A DNA stretch of 64,000 bases, from positions 336,784,001 through 336,848,000 of the forward strand of contig OZ024741.1 of assembly GCA_964016885.1 (NCBI GenBank). The letters are read 5' to 3'. Below the pieces are notes generated by a model. That model saw only the letters and a list, made by a program, of their open reading frames with translations. It searched no databases and was not told the origin of the DNA. Below, one piece after another: positions 53,657 to 64,000 of this stretch. The translations under genes and the position numbers were made by a program. Each line of letters starts with the position of its first letter. Positions within the stretch are counted from its first letter, which is position 1. This stretch comes from Eledone cirrhosa (lineage: Eukaryota).

Positions 53657-54632
53657 AAATGTATGACCCCGACGGCAGAGCTCAAGCCGTTTCGACGGCT
53701 ATACTCCTAAACAAAAACGACGAACTGGTAACTGCATGCAAACACCGATTGCATAGGACTTACCTCACCCTCAAACCCCCTAATGACCCAGGTAGATAGA
53801 CAATGGCTGCAACTTCCTCCTTTTCCCCACTTGCTGAGCAAGATAGGGGAAACCCCAGCTAACATAGGTAGATGTACCTCTTTTTTTTTCCTTTCTATTT
53901 TCTTCTTCCCTTTGTCTCTTCCTATCACTTCCTTCCACTCCCTATCCTCTTCCTTTTCCTTTTTCCCCTTTTGCCTACCCCGAGGCAGCCCGTTGGGCCT
54001 TTGTAGCCTCAGTACCCCCACCCCAGTAAATTAAAGATAGCATTGGCTGAAAATGCAATACAAACTAACTATAGCAGTTGTTTTAGACTCTACAGTTTTC
54101 TTATCACTTCTTACTATCCAATTTTATATTTTTATATATTTTTTTCTTATTTATTTATTATCTCCTAATCTCAATTGGTTTACCTATTCTGTAACGTCCC
54201 TTCTCCATTTTCTCCAGAAGCCTTTTTCGCCTACTTCCTCTAACCTAGTTTCATACACAATCCTTAGAATTTGCTGTATAGAATTTACTTTCAACGCTTG
54301 ACCGGCTCCACCCACTCCTTTGTTCTACAGGCAGTTCAGCCACCCCCACCACCCACCCACTGCCATGATAGACTTAATTGTGTTTACAAGAAATTTTGAC
54401 CAATCCTCTTGACAACTACAATCTTCCCAAATAAGGAATTACCCCTTGAAAAGTTCGGCTATTTATTTATCACGCTAAAAATTCTATTTTAGTCCAGAAA
54501 TAGCCGTCGAAACGGCTTGAGCTCTGCCGTAGGGGTCATACATTTTCCTATTACCCACTCTACTACCCTAAATATTGAGTACTCTGGTGCGTTATGGTCC
54601 ATGTGGTTCCTTACCACAACTCCTTCATTTTA
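53657..54632. mobile_element. Non-autonomous element with a partial inverted terminal repeat, possibly Penelope-like
   Basis: 53657-53702 (aaaatgtatgaccccgacggcagagctcaagccgtttcgacggctat) is the near-perfect reverse complement of 54499-54546. The right end extends a further ~85 bp that is shared with 144-225. Confidence 0.6.
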
Positions 54633-54903
54633 TATATATATATTTATATATATAAATATATTTGTTTGTTTTTGTAGTGTAGTGTGTGTGTGTGAGTGTG
54701 CTTTAGTTTGTTTGTCACAGATCTTTTTATGGTGGGAAATTAAGAAAACAGAGCAAAGCATCAGTGATGGCTTTCAATCAGGAATTTTTGGAAAATATGG
54801 GTATAAACAATTTCTTATTTATTTTGTGGTGTGTATGTGTACTTTTTGTACCTCTGTTTGTTGTTTCTTTGAACTGTATAAATATATATTTATATACACA
54901 CAC

Positions 54904-56622
54904 CAACTGCTACAAAGGTAAAGGTGATGCACTAGATAGAGGAAACTATAGAGGTATAAAGCTGATGGACCAGGTCATGAAAGTAAGGGAAAGAGTTATA
55001 GCACAGTTGATTAGGGATCGGGTGAAACTAGATGAGATGCAATTTGGGTTTGTACTAGGAAAAAGGCACCACTGATGCCCTCTTCCTTGTGAGGCAGTTA
55101 CAGGCAAAGTACCTAGCTAAAAGTAAGCCACTCTACCTGGCATTCATCGACCTGGGGAAAGCCTTCGACAGAGTCCCCCGTGCTATAATCTGGTGGGCTC
55201 TTAGAAAATTAGGAGTAGATGAATGGCTTGTGAAAGCTGTACAAGCCATGTATAGAGGAGCAATCAGCAAAGTTAGAATTAGCAATGATTATAGCGAGGA
55301 ATTTAGCATACAGGTCGGTGTCCACCAGGGCTCTGTGCTTAACCCTCTCCTGTTCATTATAGTTTTGCAGGCAATAATGGAGGAGTTTAAGATCGGATGC
55401 CCATGGGAACTCCTGTATGCGGATGATCTCACACTTATAGCTGAATCCATGGTGGAACTAGAGAAGAAATTCCAAACATGGAAGCAGGGACTAGAAAGAA
55501 GGGGCCTCAGAGTCAACCTGAAAAAGACTAAGGTTCTTGTAAGTAGACAAGAAAACAGAACCCAGATTCCCTAAGGGAAATGGCCTTGCTCAGTATGTAG
55601 GAAAGGTGTAGGTAGGAAGTCCATCCTCTGTCCCAAATGCAAACAATGGGTACACAAGAGATGTAGTGGGATCTCAGGAAGTTTAACTAAGAATGTAGGT
55701 TCATATATAGCAGCTGTGCTGGGACAGCAAACAGCAAATGACCACAGGAAACAAGCACCACCAATCTCTGGGAGGGCTCTGTAGAAACAGTAGACAGCTT
55801 CTGCTACCTAGGTGACCAAATTAGCAGCGGAGGTGGGTGTTCGGAAAGTACAATAACTAGGGTGAGAACGGGATGGAAGAAGTTCAGGGAACTACTGCCA
55901 CTGTTAGCTGCAAAAGGCTTTTCCCTCAAAATGAAAGGCAGACTGTATGATGCGTGTATACGAACAGCAATGTTACATTGAAGTGAAACCTGGGCACTGT
56001 CTGTAGAAGACTTGCACAGATTAGAAAGGAACGAAGCTTGCATGCTCCGATGGATGTGTAATAGTAATATACGCAAATGGCAAAATATAAACAAATTGAG
56101 AGAGAGACTGAGCATAAGAGGAATCAAATGGTGTGTGCAGGAGAGGAGGTTACGTTGGTATGGACATGTGATTGGTATAAAGGATGACAGCTGCATAAAA
56201 AGGTGCAATAGAAACCGTGGAATGGGGAAACCCAAGAAGACCTGGGATGAGGTGATAAAAGCCGACCTTACCCAGGGCAATGACACATGACCGTGAACTC
56301 TGGCGGTACGCAGTAATACAGAAGACCCGACCCCCCACAGGAACAAGCCGAAGCTGAAGCATATAGACAATATACCCCCATGGCAAAAAAAAAAGCACCC
56401 AGCCCACACTGTAAGGTGGACGTGTAGGTGCCACGAAAAAAAGCACCCAACACTCACTGTAAATGAGGTTGGTGTTAGGAAGGGCATACAGCTGTAGAAA
56501 TCAAGCCAAAATCTGTTCCTGTATGAGCAAGACAACGTCAGCCGACTGGACACTGCTCACAACAGGACAACCCGTCTAACCCATGCTAGCATGGAAGAAC
56601 AGACATAAAATGGTGATGATGA
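54904..56622 (+). mobile_element. 5'-truncated RTE-clade LINE (RT to 3' UTR), disrupted
   Basis: NYRGIKL, QFGF, AFIDLGKAFDRVPR, GVHQGS, YADD, FCYLG and RRLRWYGHV with a few stops and frameshifts. The 3' UTR ends catgctagcatggaag..aaaatggtgatgatg. Confidence 0.95.
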
Positions 56623-57066
56623 CACATACACAACCGATCTCTCAGACTTTTATGGTGAAGACCTTTTGAGCAGAAAAAGAAGTTGCCATCGGCTGCTTAT
56701 ATATATATATATGTGTGTATGTGTGTGCGCGTGAGTGTATGTGTGTGTATAATGTATGTGTGTATCAATGTATGTGTTTATGTTTAAAACTCTTGTAAAA
56801 ACAGTGTTGTGTAAAAAATTTAAATTAAAAATTGCCTAAATTAACTATTTGATAAATGTGAATCAATAAAATAAAAAGCAGGCTGAAATAAGGGGTAGGG
56901 TTAATATGATCAACTAAACTCATGAAGGCAGTGCTCCAGCATAACCATAACCTATTGAATGACCCCCCCCCAAAAAAAAAATGATATTATTATCATAGAT
57001 ATCTAAAGTATATATATATATCATAGATTCCACATTTAATCTAAAATATAAGATAAGGATCAGATA

Positions 57067-57173
57067 TACAGGGTGTCCTCAAAAGATGTGTACACACAGG
57101 CTGTGCATTTTAATAAATATTGCCTGTACAGGAAATCAAAGTATGTATACATTTTTGAGGGACACGCTGCATA
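57067..57173. mobile_element. Small Tc1/mariner-type MITE, same family as the arms of the 35511-35672 palindrome
   Basis: tacagggtgtcctcaaaagatgtgtacac ... gtatgtatacatttttgagggacacgctgca. Confidence 0.7.
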
Positions 57174-57779
57174 TATATGCATATGGGTTCAGTTTTATGA
57201 ACACGACATAAATATGTCAACTGCATTCCAGATTCCAGATTTAGTTCATAATCCATTAGATCTGTTATATATATAGGCGACATGATTCAGAGATTTTTAT
57301 CCATATACTTTGATTGGACACATTTTCATTCCCCCTGAAGAATTTCAGAATATCATACATTACACTTGATTTAGATGAAATATTGTCACACTTAGAGGCT
57401 AAAATAGGAATTTTCTTTTCTATAATTCTATATAAATTCAGACAAAGGAAATTCTTCGAATTTTTCGTCAGCCATAAATGAATGTAACTTTCTTATTTCA
57501 TTTAAGGAAATAGCAGTTTGTTTTCAATGAATTACTTTTATTTCATTTTTCGTTTGTGTCTTTTGTTATAATTGTATAAAATTTCAGTCTGAGAAAATAG
57601 TTTGCATTTTTTTTCTTATTATTTTTTAACTTTAATGCCACTTTTATATCTGATATGAGGAAATAGTATTTTGTTCTACTGGCGTTCATAGTTTTCATTC
57701 AATTAACTCATATGAGAAGGTTTCAATGTTGGTTTAGCTCTGGATATCACCACACTAATCATTAATTTACACCTACTTT

Positions 57780-58274
57780 TATCTTCTTATTCTCTCCCCT
57801 TTCTCTTATATACTCCATTTTCCATACTCTCTCTCTTGCACCTTTCTCTTTCTCTCTCTCTCCCCTCTCTCTCTTACTCTCTACCTTGCTCCTCTCTCTC
57901 TCCTTTCTCTTATATACTCCCTCTTCTTTACTCCCTCCCTTGCACGCCTCTCTCTTCTTTCTCTCATATACTCCCTCTTCCATACTCTCTCTCTTGCTCC
58001 TTTCTCTTTCTCTCCCCTCTCTCTCTTACTCTCTACCTTGCTCCTCTCTCTCTCCTTTCTCTTATATACTCCCTCTTCTTTACTCCCTCCCTTGCTCCTC
58101 TCTCTCTCCTTTCTCTAATATACTCCCTCTTCCTTACTCTTTCTCTTGCTCCTCTCTCTCTCTCTCTCATCTGCTCTCTCTCCCTTACTCCCCTCTCTCT
58201 CTCCTTTCTCACATACTTTCCATCTTTCTCTCATCTCCATTGCTTTTCTCATACTCCCTAGTTTCTGCTCCTAT

Positions 58275-58343
<69 letters not shown>

Positions 58344-58363
58344 CCCCCCCCTCTCTCTCTCTC
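57780..58363. repeat. Polypyrimidine tract with ~50-bp subunits and a ~156-bp higher-order duplication
   Basis: tct(t/c)atatactcc recurs, and block 57805-57940 is repeated at 57962-58095. Confidence 0.9.
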
Positions 58364-59419
58364 TGCTGGTCCATCCAATCTCTTTGAAAGCTAATGTCTA
58401 GTGTTCAATACCTTGCAGTACTGGATTCAGTGTCTGTTAATACTTTGTCCCTCCTCCTCCTCCTCCTTCTCCTCCTCCTCCTCCTCCTCCTCCTCCTCCT
58501 CATCATCATCATTGCAATCATCATCGTCATTGTCATCATCATCATCATCATCATCATTGCAATCATCATCGTCATTGTCATCATCATCATCACCATCATT
58601 CCCCTCCCCCTCCCCAACCCCCTACTCTTCCTCCTCCTCAATCAGTTGAAAACAATTGATACATATTTTGTCCCTCTTTAAACAAAAAACAAAAACAAAG
58701 TGTAATGGCTGAAAAGGTAAGTTTTCTAGTCAAGTGTGAGATTACTAAGGAAACATGCTAGAGTCTACCTCCTCCCCCTCCCCTCCCCTCCTCCTACTAC
58801 TACTCCTACTCTCCCCTCCTCTTCCTCCTACTACTACTACTATTCCTACTCTTCCTCCCTCTCTTCCTTCTCCTCATCATCATTCTCCTCCACCTTCTCC
58901 ACTGCCGCTGTCATTTCCTCACCTTCCTCCTCCTCCCCACCCCATCATCATCATTCTCCTCCACATTGCCACCACCATCAACACCACAACCCCTCCCCCT
59001 CCTCATCACCACCACCACCACCACCACCATCATCATCATTCTCCTCCAACTTCACTTCCTCCCCTGCCCCCTCATCATCATTCTCCTCCACACTGCTACC
59101 ACCACCACCACCTCCTCCTCCTCCTCATTCTCAGCATCATTACCAATATCATCATCATTATTTCAATACGTTGTCTGCTTTACCTGATGTCATGATTTGG
59201 AAAACCAACATGTCAACATCTCTCCACACGTATTATCCTGTGTCATGTCAGCTTAAATGTGACAAAAAATGCTTTCTTCTAAACTCTACTATTTTTCTTT
59301 CTTATTAAACTATAGTATGTTTTTAATTTCATGGCATGCCACCCCAACACCACCCAACCTCGCATAATAAACATTGTTTTATACACACTGTAAATGAACA
59401 TTTGGTTACCTAAATGAAC

Positions 59420-59997
59420 ATTTCGATACAAAACCAGAAATTTGGAGGAAGAAAAACAATTGATTAAATGTACCCCCAGTGTGTTACTGGTACTTTATTT
59501 TAAGGTTGAAAAGCAAAGCTAACCTTGGCAAGATTTGAAATCCCAACCTGCTGAGGTTAGCTTTGCCTTTCAACCTTACGGGGTCGATAAAATAAAGTAC
59601 CAGTAATGCACTGGGGTTGATTTAATTGACTTACCCTCCCCCAAATTGTTGGCCCTGTGCCTAAATCAGAAACCATTATTTTAGTGTGGTGGATTGGCAG
59701 TATCAGTAGAGCGTCAGACATCATTCTTTGTGTCATTTTACATTCTGAGTTCAAATCCCACAAAGGTTAGTTTTGCTTTTCATCCTTAGAGGGGGTCAAT
59801 AAAATAAAGTACCATTAATGCTCTGGAGTCGATTTATTTTAGTGTGGTAGATTGGCAGTGTCAGTAGAGCATTAGACATCATTCTTTGTGGCATATAGTT
59901 ATGTCATTTTACATTCTGAGTTCAAATTCCACTGAGGTTAGTTTTGCGTTTCATCCTTACACAATTGTTGGCCTTGTGCCTAAATCAGATACCATTA
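59420..59997. mobile_element. Cluster of Meta-like SINEs: one minus copy abutting about three head-to-tail plus copies
   Basis: attttagtgtggt(g/a)gattggcagt repeats at about 59678 and 59836, with shared core and tail motifs. Confidence 0.8.
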
Positions 59998-60242
59998 AAA
60001 TGTAAAGTTTACGTCGGAGTAGGATTTTTAACTTTGAATATGAAATAGCTGGAAAAAGCACTTCTTGGCTTATTTTCCAAAACTCCAACAATTCTGTCCA
60101 TGACCTACGAGAGTTGGCTAAAATGTTCATGGTCTGATTATGAAGGAGTGATGCTAGAGCTGTAAAATCTTGCATGCATTAATTTAAACTCTTTTTATTA
60201 ATAACGGCATTGTTTCTTTCCAGGGACTATGTTGAAAAATAT

Positions 60243-60462
60243 ACCTCATTTGGTGATTCTCTGAGAGCATTTTGGTCAGCCTATGAACTTTTCAGCTGAC
60301 CCTACATAATAAAATAAACCTCATTTGGTCATTCCATGAGAGTATCTTGGTCAGCCTATGAACTTTTCAGCTGATCCTCGTATATGGCCCTACATAATAA
60401 AATAAACCTTAATTGGTCATTCCATGAGATATCTTGGTCAGCCTATGAACTTTTCAGCTGAC
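60243..60462. repeat. About 75-88-bp tandem triplication
   Basis: ttggtcagcctatgaacttttcagctga occurs three times. Confidence 0.9.
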
Positions 60463-62244
60463 TGGTTAAAAGCGAGGGGAAAACCATATGATTTTTTATT
60501 TTTATTTTTATTTAAAATTTTTTTTGTTTGTGAAGAATGATGGCAATCTGAGGAATATGATGTTTTCTTTTTACTTTGTGTGAAAAGAATCATTATTAAT
60601 GCATGTAAGAAACCTTTATCAGATATTTCCGTTACACGAGATGATTTTAATGATATCCATTAAAATAGACTAAGTCATATGTCACACACACACATTTTCT
60701 TTCCTTTCTACTTTCACTTTTATACTAGTTTATCTCTTCAAATGCCACATTTCATATGCGCACAAAATTGATATTTATGACATTGCTTTTGCATTTAAAT
60801 TATTATTTTTTCTCATTTATTCAGTGACAAGCCATATCACATACCTCCCCTTTCTCTTTGTAGGACTCAATCATTTCACATGTGATAGAAAATTATTCAT
60901 AGGCATTCGACTGCAATAAATACACAATAAAATAGATGTTTAAAGTCACATGTTAGCAATAATCATATTCAGAATGGCATTTCTAAATTTTACTAGCTAA
61001 TTGTTTATCTTATTTTTATTCTAGTGATCTATCAATATGTATTTAGCATTATTGACTTAAGGTGGAATCAATGATGAGCTAAGGGAAATAATTCAAATGG
61101 ACCAATGGTATGATTTTGGATAAGTTAAGGGTGATGTATGCAAACATTTCTGAATTATTTAACAGTTCCTTCACAACAAGAGAAAGGAAACCTAGAGGCA
61201 ATTGCTAACAACACCCAAAGAAAAGGGGGAGATAATTTGTGAATTGTTTCGGTACTTTATTCATTATAACATTATAAATATAGAGTCTATTATGTATGTG
61301 GGACTGGACAAGCAAACTTATAAACATCAGAGTTAGGGGCAATAGTTTCTAATTTAGACACAAGGCTAGCAATTTTATAGAAGGGGAAAGTCAGTTAAAT
61401 CAATCCCAAGTATTTAGTGGTAAAAAAAATGTCTAAAGTTTGTCTTGAGCCTGAAGACTCATCAGGTCAGTACTTATCTCAGTTTCTGTGGCATTAAGCA
61501 GCTCTGAGTATAAGAATTCCCCCTGGATAGGACGACAGTCCATCACAGAGTGAAAGTCTGTCTAGCCCTCAGAGGCTCATCTGGCCGGTGTTTATCCCAA
61601 ATTCCATGGTGTTAAGTGACTGAGAGTACAAGACTTCCCCTGAACAGGATGCCACTCCATTGTAAGGTTAAACTCCCAGCTATTGCTGATACTCATTTTG
61701 AGTTGAGAGTACTGGAGCAAGCAATGTGAAATGAAATGTTTTGCTCAAGAATACAACAGACAACCCAGTTGAGAAATCTAACCCATGATATTATAATCGT
61801 AATTCCTTTTGGTGGTAGGGTCAAGTCAATTAAATCAATCCCAAGTAAATTTACTTGCTTTGGGGATTGAAAATCTGCTGTTTATTTCCTGGACATATTT
61901 GTAGTCAACCTCATCAGTGTAGTATAATCTGCTCAAGCCAGCTTAATCAGTTGACATAAATTTTTACATACAAAAAAATAGTTACAAAGTTTTCTATTGT
62001 ATGCTAGTGAGAAATGGGCAGTAAATGCATTAATTGCAGTGTATATGTGAAGGCTAGAGAGAAATGAAGTGAGAATGCTTTTGTAGGCTGAAAAGGAAAT
62101 GAAGTTGATCAACAAGATCCCAAACCTCATTCACTTACCAAGTAAAGTGGATCTTGTCAAATTGGACCAAGGAAACAATATTTCCATTGGTCTTTTCTTG
62201 CTGATACAATCTACCGGTTGAAACTCCTGAGCGATAGATATGTA

Positions 62245-62596
62245 TTGTTAATGTCTGCAAATGATGAAGCATGGATGAACTGAGAGAAAAACTGAGTTTA
62301 AAAGGAACATGATGGAGCGTGCAAAAGAAAAGAGTGTGCTGGTATAGACGTGATGCATATGCATGATGATTGTTGGGTAAAGAAGTGCAAGAAATCCCAG
62401 TTCAAGGTAGCTGCAGTAAAGGAAGACCAGGGAAGATGTGTGCAGAGTTAGTGGGAGCTGATCATAAATTGCTGAATCTCACAGAGAAGATGACAAAGGA
62501 AAGTAAGAAATGGATGGAAGCTGTGCTGGAAAAGACATGTCTGATATATGGAAGCAGAGAAAAGCAAGCGTAAATTGATGCCAATGATAATGATGA
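62245..62596 (+). mobile_element. Degenerate RTE 3' end (similar piece at about 35095-35367)
   Basis: Remnants of W.KKCKEIPVQGSCSKGRP and a decayed gcaagcagggaaaagc..atgatg tail. Confidence 0.7.
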
Positions 62597-62619
62597 AATC
62601 TTCATTTTGCCCAATACTC

Positions 62620-62745
62620 ATAACAAAGATTCCAGGTTTGTGAATACCATGATAGCTGGAGATGACATGTGAGTGTATTAGTATTAACCAGAAATCAAAG
62701 CAATACAGTGGAACCATCCAACATCACCAAGAGCCAAAAAAGTAC
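62620..62745 (+). mobile_element. Mariner transposase fragment
   Basis: Translates to decayed IAGDD.*VY*Y*PEIK..QWNHPTSPRAKK, the region around the first catalytic Asp. Confidence 0.65.
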
Positions 62746-63721
62746 AAACAATACTTCTATCGGAAAAAGTACAAAAAAACAAACAAAAATATTCAGAATA
62801 GTAGCACAAACAGTATTTGAACAATTAGGTTCTGATTATATTGTGTGAGGGCTATAATCTTCCTGTTTTTACATGCCTAGCTGATCATGATGATGATGAT
62901 GATATATATATATATATCATCATCATTTTACTGCCCATTTTCCATGCTAAGAAGGCTTGAACGTGTCTACGTAGACCAAGTCAGTACTGAAACAGGGCTA
63001 CTAACCTTCCAGACAGTCAAGGGATCTGCTTCTCACTTATAATATGTCTCATGTTCTACTGAGAACTACATGAGAGGTTGTTATGTCTTTAGAGATACAG
63101 AAACAATAGTCTTATTAGGTTCACACTTCAAAAAGGATAAAGGAAAGTATAATGTATCAAATGTTAGTCCTTCATTAGGTGTACAGAAATGGAAAGATAT
63201 GTATCAGAGAGTAGAAGTAACACAAAGATGGGGTTCATCTTATATATATATGTATATATAATATATATGTGTGTGTATGTATATACATATATGTGTGTAT
63301 ATATATATGTATATATCCCTCTTAATCTTTACCCCCCCCCCCCCTATATCATATACGCGCCTGCTGGTTCACCCTTTCAATCACTCCGTTCTCTCACCAA
63401 ATATAAATAAACCTGTTACGAGGTACGGATCTCAGAATTTGTCAACGCTTATTAATGGTCAGACCTGCTCACTCTCCTGCGAAATGTAATGTAAAATGCC
63501 ATTTTTTCTTGACTCTCCAACCTTGTCTCTCCAACCTCCATTCATTCATATATCCGTATCATTGCCCAGAATCCAATCTTTTGCTCTTCCTCAATGCTAT
63601 TCTATAATTCTATCTGGTTGTTCTAAATAATCTTCTTGTATTTTAAAATCCCATTATTCGCTTATTACTGTTATATGCTTGTCCAATTATGCCCAAAATT
63701 CGAAGATTTTATTTAAACCCT

Positions 63722-64000
63722 CTCGCTGATAAGAAGGTAGCTTGGAAGTGTCACTACGAAAGGCTACTAAATGAGGAGAATAAATGGGAGAAAGACAGTC
63801 TCCCCCACATCGTTCCAATAGAGGGACAAGCAGTGCTAGTTGAAGGTAGTATAATAAGTAAGGCAATCAAAGATATGAAGACGGGTAAGGCGGCTGGGCC
63901 TTCGGAAATAGTTGCTGAAATGCTGAAAGCATCTGAAACGGTAGGACATGCTATAGTCACCCGGATAGTAAACCAAGTCATACAGAATGGGGCCGTTCTG
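63722..64000 (+). mobile_element. RTE-clade LINE, pre-RT region, running off the window edge
   Basis: AWKCHYERLLNEENKWE..IISKAIKDMKTGKAAGPSEIVAEMLKA in an open frame, homologous to about 17930-18160 on the minus strand. Confidence 0.9.

Noticed and set aside
58405-59308. Ser/Pro/His/Leu-rich ORFs
   Set aside because: They arise from (CCT)n, (CAT)n and (CAC)n low-complexity tracts.
60224-60299. Possible exon after tttctttccag (DYVEKYTSFGDSLRAFWSAYELFS*)
   Set aside because: It overlaps a tandem triplication in repeat-like DNA and has no recognisable homology or partner exon.

Overview
Eukaryotic, very AT-rich and microsatellite-saturated DNA, almost entirely non-coding. The repeat complement (tRNA-headed Meta- and CORE-type SINEs, RTE LINEs with (ATG)n tails, long (TA)n/(CA)n tracts) suggests a coleoid cephalopod, probably Octopus; this is inference. 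Host-gene signal is sparse. There is one well-bounded + strand coding exon at 673-831 with a DSGRG motif like mollusc protocadherin cytoplasmic tails, a phase-compatible candidate terminal exon at 12635, and a probable non-coding first exon ending at a strong donor at 39904. The rest is decayed mobile DNA: a full-length dead mariner, RTE, RTE-X and CRE LINE fragments, Penelope-like ends, MITEs, many SINEs and several minisatellites. Most listed ORFs are microsatellite artefacts. The best observations are (1) two unrelated LINEs with the 5'-inverted geometry typical of twin priming, (2) two minimal hammerhead-ribozyme families found side by side at two loci, and (3) repeated mirror-copying of flanking sequence across (TA)n tracts, including a perfect 162-bp palindrome. 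I saw no rRNA, true tRNA gene, CRISPR array or intact novel protein-coding system. Coordinates and copy counts were read by eye, and family names come from memory rather than a database search.
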